Below, piece after piece: positions 8,437-17,371 of a stretch of 32,000 bases of DNA. A model generated the notes under the pieces. That model saw only the letters and a program-made list of their open reading frames with translations, had not been told where the DNA came from and made no database searches. The DNA comes from Nostoc sp. UHCC 0870 (GTDB lineage Bacteria; Cyanobacteriota; Cyanobacteriia; Cyanobacteriales; Nostocaceae): contig NZ_CP091916.1 of NCBI RefSeq assembly GCF_022063185.1, positions 20,136-52,135 of the forward strand, read 5' to 3'. Both the position numbers and the translations under genes were made by a program. Position 1 is the first letter of the stretch. Every line of letters starts with the position of its first letter.

Positions 8437-9291
8437 TCAATTAACGGTCACATTATCAACTTTAGATTCAATCACTGACTGAATATTTGGGGAAACATTA
8501 GACAGGAAATCATAGCCTGTGAGTGTTTCTAATTCGTCAACACTGACTTTATAAGCCCTCCAATCGTTATTTAATTCTGGCTCGTTGGGAATATTCACTG
8601 CGATAACGCGAGTATTAGCTGTAATACCTTTAAGCCCTGAGCCTGGGCTATCTAATACAACAACTATCTTCCAAGTGGATTTGGGAACTGTCACTTTACC
8701 TTTGAGGGGTTCGCCAAGACTACCACTAGGCCCAGCGACAATATAAAGTTCTTTACCCTGGCTGACTAATTCTCGACAATAATCTTCTAAATTTCCCCAC
8801 GTATTTCTATTGTTATCGGGTGTCTGGGGCATCATGTTTGTCATCAGGAAAGTAGCTGCATTATCCTCTATTGTTCGGGTGCGGTCTGCTGAAGGTGCAA
8901 TATGACCTCTGTCATATCCACTTCCAGAGTACATAGAAGGAGTCACTCGCACCCAACCCGCAGGTAAGGTGTTGTCTGGGCGGAAGTTATCTTGACGCTC
9001 TGCATCTCCGAACCATGAGGAGTTAAGCTGCCAAGCTACCCAGTTGGCAGTTCCCTTGCTGTTGTTGTAGGAGAGTGCATATTGATTTTTGACCATCAGG
9101 TAATTATCAGGCGTAAGCTTTGTTGGCGTTGCACCACTGGGATTTCCCAGCAGTAAATGCACGCTTATTGATGGGGAAAGTTCAGTTAATGGTGGCACTT
9201 GGGACTGGGCTGGCGAACAACCGACAATCAACGCCACCAACGCCGCTACAGATACACCCCAATTTCGACAAATTCCCATAAATTGACGCAC
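8437..9291 (-). CDS. nucA: secreted sugar-non-specific DNA/RNA endonuclease NucA
   Basis: Active-site motif GYDRGHIAPSADR and downstream NMMPQ..N, as in Serratia/Anabaena-family nucleases. Signal or lipobox-like N-terminus VAALVALIVGCSP. An alternative start is Met5 at 9279. Confidence 0.9.
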   Translation of the reverse strand: MRQFMGICRNWGVSVAALVALIVGCSPAQSQVPPLTELSPSISVHLLLGNPSGATPTKLTPDNYLMVKNQYALSYNNSKGTANWVAWQLNSSWFGDAERQDNFRPDNTLPAGWVRVTPSMYSGSGYDRGHIAPSADRTRTIEDNAATFLMTNMMPQTPDNNRNTWGNLEDYCRELVSQGKELYIVAGPSGSLGEPLKGKVTVPKSTWKIVVVLDSPGSGLKGITANTRVIAVNIPNEPELNNDWRAYKVSVDELETLTGYDFLSNVSPNIQSVIESKVDNVTVN

Positions 9292-9717
9292 TCTTAGAGA
9301 TTTATTTCACTTCAGCATTTCTGATTGTATTTCCTGACTTTCACTCAGCTAGGCTTCAAATTGTAAAGTCTCCTGCCCCATCAGATCTGATTTTTCCTCT
9401 CTCGAAGCCATCGCATCGCATCCTTGTACGCATCTTCTCACTAACTCACAGGATGATATAACCCTGTATTTTGGTTAAATTCCCAGCCTAGCCCTGCTCT
9501 ATCCTTGCTCTTGCACCATGCCACAAAAAGCGCATGAGTGTTTGCCCCAGCTTGCGACACTGGTGCGCTCGCCATAGTACCAGTGCCACAAGATGGGTCA
9601 GATAGAGTGCTACACTGCGCTCGCCTACTTCAGTTTGTTACTTCAGTCCAGTATGATTAAATTCTTTTAAAGTTCTAAATTTATGAAAATTACCAGACCA
9701 CTTTAGGCAATGGAGAA

Positions 9718-10233
9718 TTGAATAATAACAGTAATTTAATGGATATCAACCAACAAAAAGAACAATTTAGCATCACCTATATTAGAGCCATCGCCGCCGT
9801 TGCAGGTTATTCTTTATATAGACCAGAAGTAGATAACGATAGTGTAGACTTAGGCATAGTTAGTAGAGGTGGCACAGGTAAAATCCTTTCTCCTAGACTA
9901 GAACTACAACTAAAATGTACAGCCAGAGAGATTCTTGAGGAAAACTATATTAAATATCCCCTCAATCTCAAAAATTATAATGATTTAAAAATCAATGCCC
10001 TTGTCCCTCGAATTTTAGTAGTTGTTTTAGTTCCCGAAAAAATAACAGATTGGATAAAACAAACAGAATCCGAACTGTGTCTGAGATATTGTGCTTACTG
10101 GGTATCCTTGCGCGGGATGCCAGACACAGAAAATATAACCAATGTTACTATTGAAGTACCCCGTAGTAATCAGTTTACGCCTGATGCACTGCAAGCCATT
10201 ATTGAACGCATTAGTTTTGGAGGTTTGCCATGA
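9718..10233 (+). CDS. DUF4365-like PD-(D/E)xK nuclease-fold protein
   Basis: The pattern G(E/Q)xFxxxYIRAIAAVAGY ... D44-LGI ... E62-L-Q-L-K66 ... ILVVVLVP ... W fits DUF4365 as I remember it. The track start is TTG 9718; ATG 9739 is an alternative. Confidence 0.65.
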   Translation: MNNNSNLMDINQQKEQFSITYIRAIAAVAGYSLYRPEVDNDSVDLGIVSRGGTGKILSPRLELQLKCTAREILEENYIKYPLNLKNYNDLKINALVPRILVVVLVPEKITDWIKQTESELCLRYCAYWVSLRGMPDTENITNVTIEVPRSNQFTPDALQAIIERISFGGLP

Positions 10234-10769
10234 AAGTTACTATTAAAGATAGTCAAATCCTCAAAACAGTTAACCCTGAAGTGATACAGGCACATTTGCA
10301 AGCAACAGGCTGGCATGAAACAGGGCGTATATATAATGATGCCGGGGCAATTTGGCGACTGAAAAAAGATGCCGCCGAATATGAAATCTTGCTACCTCTC
10401 CAACATAGTTTAGGAGATTATGCTGAAAGAATCAGCGATATATTAAAAACATTAGAGATAGTAGAAAATCGTGACCAAGTTGAAATATTAAGCGAATTTA
10501 TTACCAATTATCCCAACTTCACCTTTCTTGGCATAATTATGCAAATTGCCACTCCATCAATTGATTCTCTGAGTGGAGAAATTATTTTATTAGGTGAAGT
10601 TTTTGAGAAATTACGAGAAATCAAAACCCAACTGGCAGACCATGATTATATCTTAGCTATTCAAGCCTATCAGGAACGTTTACCAGTTCGCTGCACAGGT
10701 GATTTAGTAAAAGTTGACAATCATTTTATTCTCGAAAATCCCCACAATTTGCTTCTTAATAATATCTAA
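10230..10769 (+). CDS. hypothetical 179-aa protein translationally coupled to the DUF4365-like gene
   Basis: Its ATG overlaps the upstream TGA (ATGA at 10230-10233). Clean ORF; no family recognised. Confidence 0.6.
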   Translation: MKVTIKDSQILKTVNPEVIQAHLQATGWHETGRIYNDAGAIWRLKKDAAEYEILLPLQHSLGDYAERISDILKTLEIVENRDQVEILSEFITNYPNFTFLGIIMQIATPSIDSLSGEIILLGEVFEKLREIKTQLADHDYILAIQAYQERLPVRCTGDLVKVDNHFILENPHNLLLNNI

Positions 10770-10938
10770 ATCCGGCTGGTCAAGATTTTTAGGTTTTTTC
10801 TAAATCAATTCTGATATCGAGTCACTCATCTGCTGAGGGCAAACGCTGGCGGTTATCATTCATATTTCAATGCCGTCTGCACTTGAGCGTGTCTGCTGAA
10901 TCGCACAGTTGCACGGTAGTTGCCATTATTGAGATGCA

Positions 10939-11448
10939 ATGTCAATCATGAGTCAGATAGAGCCACTGCCAGAAGAAAAAAGCATTACCATCTATGACAT
11001 GATGGACGAAATCTTAGTAGTTTGTCCAGGCTGCCAATCGTGTGCGCGAATTACTCCAACAAAAAATGCAAATACATTTTGTTTAAGCTACTTCCAACCA
11101 CAGCGTCTTGTGTGTCAAGATTGTGGGCTAGTCAAAGATTGGAATGGTAAGGGTTTGGGATTTAACTGGTATGCCGACCCAATGTGCGATAGCTACTTTA
11201 GACTACCACTGTGGCTACAGATTAGCTGTCGTCATCATGTTTTGTGGGCATACAACGAACGCCATCTATTACTACTAGAAAAATATATTCAGGCAAAACT
11301 ACGTCAATCAAAACGCGTTGCACCATACGGTTGGCATAATCAAAGCCTATTTAGTCGTTTGCCAAAATGGATGGTTATTGCTAAAAATCGCTCTAGCGTA
11401 TTAAGCGCGATCGCAAAACTTAAGCGAAAATCTCAAAAGATTGGCTGA
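10939..11448 (+). CDS. hypothetical zinc-ribbon protein
   Basis: Two CxxC pairs (CPGCQSC ... CQDCG) near the N-terminus and a basic C-terminal tail. No family recognised. Confidence 0.5.
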   Translation: MSIMSQIEPLPEEKSITIYDMMDEILVVCPGCQSCARITPTKNANTFCLSYFQPQRLVCQDCGLVKDWNGKGLGFNWYADPMCDSYFRLPLWLQISCRHHVLWAYNERHLLLLEKYIQAKLRQSKRVAPYGWHNQSLFSRLPKWMVIAKNRSSVLSAIAKLKRKSQKIG

Positions 11449-11820
11449 TGTTTAAGAATCGAAGAGAAAATATTCAAAAATCCAAAGCACAGATCGCATT
11501 CTTTCAGGACTTGTATAGAAATTGGTACAGACGAGCGTATATACACAAGCTCACTCAAAGCAAGTAAAGACCACAGCGATGGCCTACGCTCGACCTTACG
11601 AGATTGCTGTTGCTTTTGCTCTTGCTCCCAGGAGCGGTTTCTAAACTGACTTGCCCAAAAACTGCTGCACCTGAAACCCACATCCCGCTATCAATTTTGA
11701 TATCAAAGCCGGAAATTACAGAACTAGCATCACCAATTGACACTCTATCACTTCCGCAAAACGGATTTAGGTGTTCACGGATTGTAAATATTAATGCACG
11801 ATGTAAGTGACCTACAATAG

Positions 11821-11852
11821 ACGTTATTGGAAACATACATTATCAATAACGT
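11821..11852. other. candidate tyrosine-recombinase core site (13-6-13 inverted repeat)
   Basis: ACGTTATTGGAAA - CATACA - TTATCAATAACGT. The arms match 11/13, and the outer 9 bp are perfect. It ends 14 nt before the recombinase ATG. Confidence 0.4.
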
Positions 11853-11866
11853 AATAGTGAGCAATT

Positions 11867-12889
11867 ATGCCTAATGAGCCGGTTTGGGGGGAATTGGTTA
11901 AAGTCGAGTTAGAAGCGTGTTTAAGTGCGCCGATAACTAGGTATTTTGACGCAGAGCTTCAGGGCGACCCGGATGTGTTGGCGCAGCTGTTGGCAGATAA
12001 ACGCAACCCCAATACTCGGCGTGCTTACGAGAAAGATTTGCGGGATTTCTTTATGAAGATGACTCTAATGCCGCCAAGTGGTGATAGCGTGCTGGAGTTT
12101 CTGCACTTGCAGCGAGAGCAAGCGGTGATGGTGGTGCTGAAGTACAAAGCGAAATTGATAGCTTCGGGGGTGCGGGAGGCCACAATTAATCGGCGGTTGG
12201 CGGCGATTAAGTCTTTGGCGAAGATGGGGCGCAAGCTGGGTGTGTGCAATTATTCCCTGGAAGATGTCGAGGGGGAGAAGGTCAAGGCTTATCGGGATAC
12301 GCGGGGGGTTGATAGCAAGACGATAGCACTTGTGTTACAGCAGTTTGACCGGGAGACTTTGATTGGTAAACGCAACTATGCAATCTTTCTGGTGCTGTGG
12401 GGTTTGGCTTTGCGTCGTCAGGAGATATGTCAGTTAAATGTGGGTGACTTTGATTTTTATGGGCGCAAGTTAAGGGTTTTGGGTAAGGGTAAGGGAACGA
12501 ATGAAGAATATTTAGATATGTCCAAGGATGTGGCGGCGGCTCTTGCAGATTGGTTAATTGCTAGGGGGGATTTGAATGTTAATTTACCAATTTTTACGGC
12601 GTTAGATTTTCATAATGAGGGGCATAGATTGACTGCGGATGCTATCTATAAAATTGTGTCGGCAGCTTTTAAGAAAGCGGGGGTGAAGAAACCGATGTCA
12701 CCGCACAGGGTGAGGCATTCGGCGATTACGGCGGCATTGGATGCGACGGATGGGAATATCAGAAAGGTGCAGAAGTTAAGTCGTCATGCTGACCCCAGAA
12801 CACTGATGATTTATGATGATAACCGCAATAAAGATTTGTGGGAAATGTCGGAGTTGTTAACGGGAATGTTGAAGGATTCGGGCGAATGA
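11867..12889 (+). CDS. tyrosine site-specific recombinase (XerC/D-like, probable plasmid resolvase/integrase)
   Basis: Catalytic signature in order: ALRRQEI (Arg I), LGKGKG (Lys), HRVRHSAIT (His-x-x-Arg), SRHADPRTLMIYD (His, Tyr). Confidence 0.9.
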   Translation: MPNEPVWGELVKVELEACLSAPITRYFDAELQGDPDVLAQLLADKRNPNTRRAYEKDLRDFFMKMTLMPPSGDSVLEFLHLQREQAVMVVLKYKAKLIASGVREATINRRLAAIKSLAKMGRKLGVCNYSLEDVEGEKVKAYRDTRGVDSKTIALVLQQFDRETLIGKRNYAIFLVLWGLALRRQEICQLNVGDFDFYGRKLRVLGKGKGTNEEYLDMSKDVAAALADWLIARGDLNVNLPIFTALDFHNEGHRLTADAIYKIVSAAFKKAGVKKPMSPHRVRHSAITAALDATDGNIRKVQKLSRHADPRTLMIYDDNRNKDLWEMSELLTGMLKDSGE

Positions 12890-12993
12890 AAATTCATAAA
12901 TTGAATAATTGTATTATATTAATTTTAGTCAATATTCAGTATTGGTTAACTGTATTTATTTGCTAACAATAGCATTAATAATGATTATTTTTT

Positions 12994-14274
12994 ATGGAAA
13001 TTATAAATATTGTTTTAGAGAAAGTTAGTTTAATATGGCAATTGCTTGGTGAAAATAAAGAATCACTGCAAGGACTTGGAAGTATTTTAAATCCTTTGGC
13101 AATATTTACAGGTAGTGTGCTGATTCAGATTTGGCTCAATATACAAAATAAAGAAAAATTTAAGCAGGAGCAAAAAGCAGCAGATGATAGATATGAGAAA
13201 CAACAACAACTGACTGAAGAGATAGCCAAGCGTGACGAATATGCCGCTATCGAACGTCTCCGAAAAGAAACTTTGGACAGTTATCTTAATCGAATGACTT
13301 TACTTATAGAAAAGCGGTTTGGAGAGCAGAAGAATGTTGTAATTATAGACCAGATTGCCAGAGCTTTAACTATAGCCACTCTTAGAGAATTAGACTCAGA
13401 ACGAAATAAGCAAATAACAACATTTTTATATGAACTTAACTTAATTCAGAAAGTAGATAGTTTATTAAATACTAGAATACCTTTGTTGTATAAAGCTGAC
13501 TTGGAGAAAGCCAATCTTAGAGGAGCATTTTTAAAAGGAGCAGATTTGAGAGAAGCTAATCTTAAAGGAGCAGATTTGAGAGAAGCTAATTTAGAAAATG
13601 CTTGTTTGGAAGATGCTAACTTAGAGGGTGCATTTTTTGAACAAGCCAACCTGAAAGGCGCAATTTTAAGTGGGGCAACATTAAATTTAGCTAAACTATC
13701 AAATGCAATTTTGAATAACGCAAATCTTGAGAAAGCTAGCCTACGCGGAGCCGATTTATCTAATTCTAGTCTTCATGGTACTAATCTCAAAGAAGCTCAA
13801 ATGAGAGGATGTGATCTATTTCAAGCTGAAATAGTTAATGCAATATTAACGAATGCTGATTTACGTAGAGCCAAATTAATTAACACAACACTAAGTAACT
13901 CAGATTTGAGCAATACATTTTTTAAATGGGCTGATTTTAGTCTCTCCAAACTAACTAATGTCAATCTTCAAAGTGCTTATTTAAGGCTGATTGTCTTTAG
14001 AGATCAAGTTGAGATACCTGCTGAAAAAGGCTCAATTAAACTTAGGAAAGGTTGTTCAATGACGCTGGCGACAGGTACAAAGCTGATTAGTGGAAAAGCT
14101 GAACTAGAAAAAGTAGACTTGAGAGAAGCAACTTTAGATTCAGCCGATTTTAGTGGAGCTATCTTTAAAGAAGTTGATTTGAGAGGAGCAAAATATAAAG
14201 AAGAGTCTAGCAAGCCCGTTTTTTCTGAGGGGTTTGATGAATCTCAAATAAGTAATATAGTAACAGAAGAATAA
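12994..14274 (+). CDS. pentapeptide-repeat protein with an N-terminal membrane helix and coiled coil
   Basis: Long run of A(D/N)Lxx pentapeptides (ANLRGAFLKGADLREANLKGADLREANLENACLEDANLEGA...). Hydrophobic segment LNPLAIFTGSVLIQIWL near the N-terminus. Confidence 0.9.
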   Translation: MEIINIVLEKVSLIWQLLGENKESLQGLGSILNPLAIFTGSVLIQIWLNIQNKEKFKQEQKAADDRYEKQQQLTEEIAKRDEYAAIERLRKETLDSYLNRMTLLIEKRFGEQKNVVIIDQIARALTIATLRELDSERNKQITTFLYELNLIQKVDSLLNTRIPLLYKADLEKANLRGAFLKGADLREANLKGADLREANLENACLEDANLEGAFFEQANLKGAILSGATLNLAKLSNAILNNANLEKASLRGADLSNSSLHGTNLKEAQMRGCDLFQAEIVNAILTNADLRRAKLINTTLSNSDLSNTFFKWADFSLSKLTNVNLQSAYLRLIVFRDQVEIPAEKGSIKLRKGCSMTLATGTKLISGKAELEKVDLREATLDSADFSGAIFKEVDLRGAKYKEESSKPVFSEGFDESQISNIVTEE

Positions 14275-14702
14275 TTGGCACTTTTTAACAAATCAACGCA
14301 GATTATAAAAATCAAAAGTCGCAAATAGTGCGAAAATTCATGTCATTGTCGCACTATGTCCCAGCACAGTGGGGGGAGGGGTTTGAAGAGTAATTGTCAA
14401 TCATCTGACAATAATTTTGGACGTAGAGGAGAAATTTAATGCGTTGGAAGTGTAAGGATTGACGAGCAAGTGCGTAATTTGACGGTAAACGAACATGGTG
14501 TTTCTCATGCCGTCTCTCATATCCCCTGACGGGGTGAGCTTTGGTTTGGGACTACAATAGCGATATCTAGATTGATATCACCATGTCCGCACAGAAAACT
14601 CAAAGCAAGAAACCGCCGCCAAGCGAGATGCTCCGCGTTCCTGTTGCCTTAAAAGAGGCTGTAAGGTAATTAAATCACTACGTATTTTTCAAATCAAAGA
14701 GT

Positions 14703-15374
14703 TCAGCTTAGGTACTTAGATGACGCGATGAATAAGGCATCTTTGATTTTTTGTACAATCGAACGCAGAGCATACTGTTTTTTCGGCTTGAAGTCATCAC
14801 GAGCGTTATCACCCATTTCTAGGTAATACTTGCCCAGTTCTTTATCATGTAGCAGGTCAATTGTTTGTTGTCTGATGTCGGTTTGCAATTCCGTCTGCAA
14901 CATCTTATATTCACCATCAACTTGCATCATGTGTTTATCTACCCATGATTTGAGCTTGATGTGGTCTGTCGCTTGTTGATGGCGTAGGGTTTCTTTATCC
15001 TGGGAGGAAGCGAAATCAAGTTTCATTTCTTCCAGGATATTTGCTAGATGAGTGTCAGCTAATATTGCTGACTGCACTGCTCTTTCAATCTTCTCGCCGC
15101 TAACACCAGCTTGTTTGTAGATATCGCCCAGGACTAGATTTAAGTCCTCAGTCCCTTTGATAGCAGCTAATATTTGCTCTCTAACTTGTGGAGCAAATTC
15201 ACTAATCTTTGCCCCGTCATTCCCCATTTGTCCTATCAGCTTTAGGGCTGATTTATCACCTGTTAACGCTCTGAATACTAAGTTAGTAGATACGTTAAAC
15301 TTATTTTTTAATTGGCGTTCCAGGTGGCGAGATTTGGAAGTTACCTGATTCTTGAGCTTGATTGAATTTTTCAC
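14703..15374 (-). CDS. hypothetical protein (223 aa), last gene of the minus-strand ORFan block
   Basis: Long helical-looking ORF. Its start is ambiguous because it overlaps ORF 15301..15702 by 74 nt; the next in-frame ATG is at 15227. Confidence 0.5.
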   Translation of the reverse strand: MKNSIKLKNQVTSKSRHLERQLKNKFNVSTNLVFRALTGDKSALKLIGQMGNDGAKISEFAPQVREQILAAIKGTEDLNLVLGDIYKQAGVSGEKIERAVQSAILADTHLANILEEMKLDFASSQDKETLRHQQATDHIKLKSWVDKHMMQVDGEYKMLQTELQTDIRQQTIDLLHDKELGKYYLEMGDNARDDFKPKKQYALRSIVQKIKDALFIASSKYLS

Positions 15375-15702
15375 AGCGATACTCTTTTAGGGGGGTAAAT
15401 ATTTTGTGGCAGTGATACTCCATTCGCCTGACGTATTGCTCAATAGCTTGCCTTCTTTTGAGATATTGCTGATAGTTATAATGTTCTAGTATTGGCAGAT
15501 ATACCCAGTAATGTAAGGGCATAATTACAGCAGCGAGCGCACTTAAACTAACAGCAACTCTTGAGAAGTAGCTTAGTTTTGACCAGCGAATTACTAAGCA
15601 CTCAAGTAGTGTGAAGTCATCACTACTGAGCCGCTTTGAGTCTGGTGAGGATACCTGAGAGTTGGCTTTTAGTTTGATTACGGCTATCCTCCAAAGCCGC
15701 AC
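15301..15702 (-). CDS. possible small membrane protein (133 aa)
   Basis: Hydrophobic segment VAVSLSALAAVIMPLHYWVYLPIL. Its only usable start overlaps the upstream gene by 80 nt and its end overlaps the downstream gene by 74 nt, so it may be a shadow ORF. Confidence 0.35.
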   Translation of the reverse strand: MRLWRIAVIKLKANSQVSSPDSKRLSSDDFTLLECLVIRWSKLSYFSRVAVSLSALAAVIMPLHYWVYLPILEHYNYQQYLKRRQAIEQYVRRMEYHCHKIFTPLKEYRCEKFNQAQESGNFQISPPGTPIKK

Positions 15703-16261
15703 TAATGCCCGTTAACCCACGAGATAGTTTGTCTCTGCTTTGTTCATGACGATTAACTACGCGTTCTTGTACAAGAGTCAAGGTCTGGTCAATCTTTGCG
15801 TCAACCTGATTCGCTGAAAAGTCCGCATAAGCGAGTAATGCTGTTTCTACTTGTTCGAGAATTTCGTCAAAGGTGCTGGCTGAGGTGTCAACGCTATCGG
15901 CTATGTCATTGATTTGTTGCTCTGACAGGATTACACCCATAACAGTCGCCTTAGATGTGATCATCTCGCCTACATCTTGAGGGGCCACCGTGAGCGCACC
16001 TGTTTCAATTTCAGTCTCGGACTGTTCGGACTCTACTTGGGTAAGAAATTTTTCTTCAATGGGTTCATCAGCTACGGATAGTTGGCTTGTGGCTTTGGCT
16101 TTGAGATAGTCAACGGCTTGGCTCAATTGCTCTTTGGTGGGATTGTTAATGTCATCGCATCCTACAGCGAGGGCAGCTGTTGTGTAGTCGTCTTTAGTGA
16201 ATCCTTGATAACCCTGTTTATACAAGCGAGCGCGGACGTTATTGGTAAATTTGTCAGACAT
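15623..16261 (-). CDS. hypothetical acidic protein (212 aa)
   Basis: Clean ORF with an ATG start, 12 nt downstream of the preceding gene's stop. No family recognised. Confidence 0.55.
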   Translation of the reverse strand: MSDKFTNNVRARLYKQGYQGFTKDDYTTAALAVGCDDINNPTKEQLSQAVDYLKAKATSQLSVADEPIEEKFLTQVESEQSETEIETGALTVAPQDVGEMITSKATVMGVILSEQQINDIADSVDTSASTFDEILEQVETALLAYADFSANQVDAKIDQTLTLVQERVVNRHEQSRDKLSRGLTGISAALEDSRNQTKSQLSGILTRLKAAQ

Positions 16262-16273
16262 GGTGATTGCGCT

Positions 16274-16786
16274 TTATTTGGTTAGTATTAAAACTTTTGG
16301 GTCAGCAGATTTTACTGGTTGTGATCTCTTATTGATTGCCCATTGCGTTGCTACAAATGCAACAAGTGCTAAATCTTTGCTCTGATAGAGTTTCTCAGTC
16401 TTATAACTTAGCGTTGCTTGACTAAACCAGTAATAACGAGTGCTGCGAGGTACAGCATCTAGGTTGATTTTTAAATAGTTTGCAAGTGCGACCAGAAATT
16501 GCTGACCTGTGTATTGAACTAACTGTGCATCATAGAAGTGTTTGAAGGCTTGCCAGCGTTCGTTAAAATCAGAGGTTCTAAAAGAAAATGCTGGACATTT
16601 GCGCTTCATCAGAGCGTAGGTTTCAACAATGCTTTGAGCATTTGGTGATTCAATTTCAAGTGAGAAATATTGCTTTAAGGATGCAACTAACCGATACCAA
16701 GTGATATCTGAAATGCTTTTGACTGTGATGCGTTCGTAAGTCTGTTTGAGATGGCGATATTTAGCTACATATTTTTTAGTTGCCAC
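16274..16786 (-). CDS. hypothetical protein (170 aa), first gene of the block
   Basis: Clean ORF preceded by a 315-nt AT-rich spacer. No family recognised. Confidence 0.55.
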   Translation of the reverse strand: MATKKYVAKYRHLKQTYERITVKSISDITWYRLVASLKQYFSLEIESPNAQSIVETYALMKRKCPAFSFRTSDFNERWQAFKHFYDAQLVQYTGQQFLVALANYLKINLDAVPRSTRYYWFSQATLSYKTEKLYQSKDLALVAFVATQWAINKRSQPVKSADPKVLILTK

Positions 16787-17101
16787 ATTAATTCCGGTTT
16801 ATTACTTAAGTGTGTATAGAATTGACTGACTATCCGGACATTCAAGTTATTTGTATAGCCAAATTAGGTAGAAACAGTTATCCTGATACACTAAATTAGC
16901 TAGGCACTATCAATAACCTTGGATTTTTGACTTTAGACAAATGTTTTAGCGTTGGCTTGAGAGGCTATAACCACGTAATAACAGAGTTTGTCAGCTTTCT
17001 AGACATACTGACACTTTTTGATTTTTCCCTGTGTATACGCTCCTAAATCACCTATTTAATGCAGTCATAACACTGCGTTAGAAAATATTTGTTACTCCGA
17101 T

Positions 17102-17371
17102 TTAGAACAAACTCAACTGTATTGAGTTGTTAGTTATCTCTGCTGTGTGCTGTCTATATAAGAAAGGAATTTCATAACAACGTCTTAGTACCTTGTCACG
17201 ATTGAGCTTTAAGTCAACTCTTTTAGATTGATGCGGTAAAGGACGGAAATAATATTGTTTGTGTTTGATACTGTCTCTACAGGTTAAATATTTGTACAGC
17301 GTTCCATCAATCCAGTAAGTCTTGCTTTGGGTCAATAGCATGACACATCTGACAAGCTCTTTATCAATCAT
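17102..17371 (-). CDS. hypothetical basic protein (89 aa)
   Basis: Overlaps the upstream 111-aa ORF by 8 nt, which suggests coupling. No family recognised. Confidence 0.45.
   Translation of the reverse strand: MIDKELVRCVMLLTQSKTYWIDGTLYKYLTCRDSIKHKQYYFRPLPHQSKRVDLKLNRDKVLRRCYEIPFLYRQHTAEITNNSIQLSLF

Noticed and set aside
11433-11836. Three overlapping ORFs (82 aa -, 93 aa -, 68 aa +) between the zinc-ribbon gene and the recombinase
   Set aside because: They are mutually exclusive with no recognisable motifs, and the 93-aa ORF would start inside the 13-6-13 inverted repeat. This is possibly a decayed gene, but none of the frames can be supported as a CDS.
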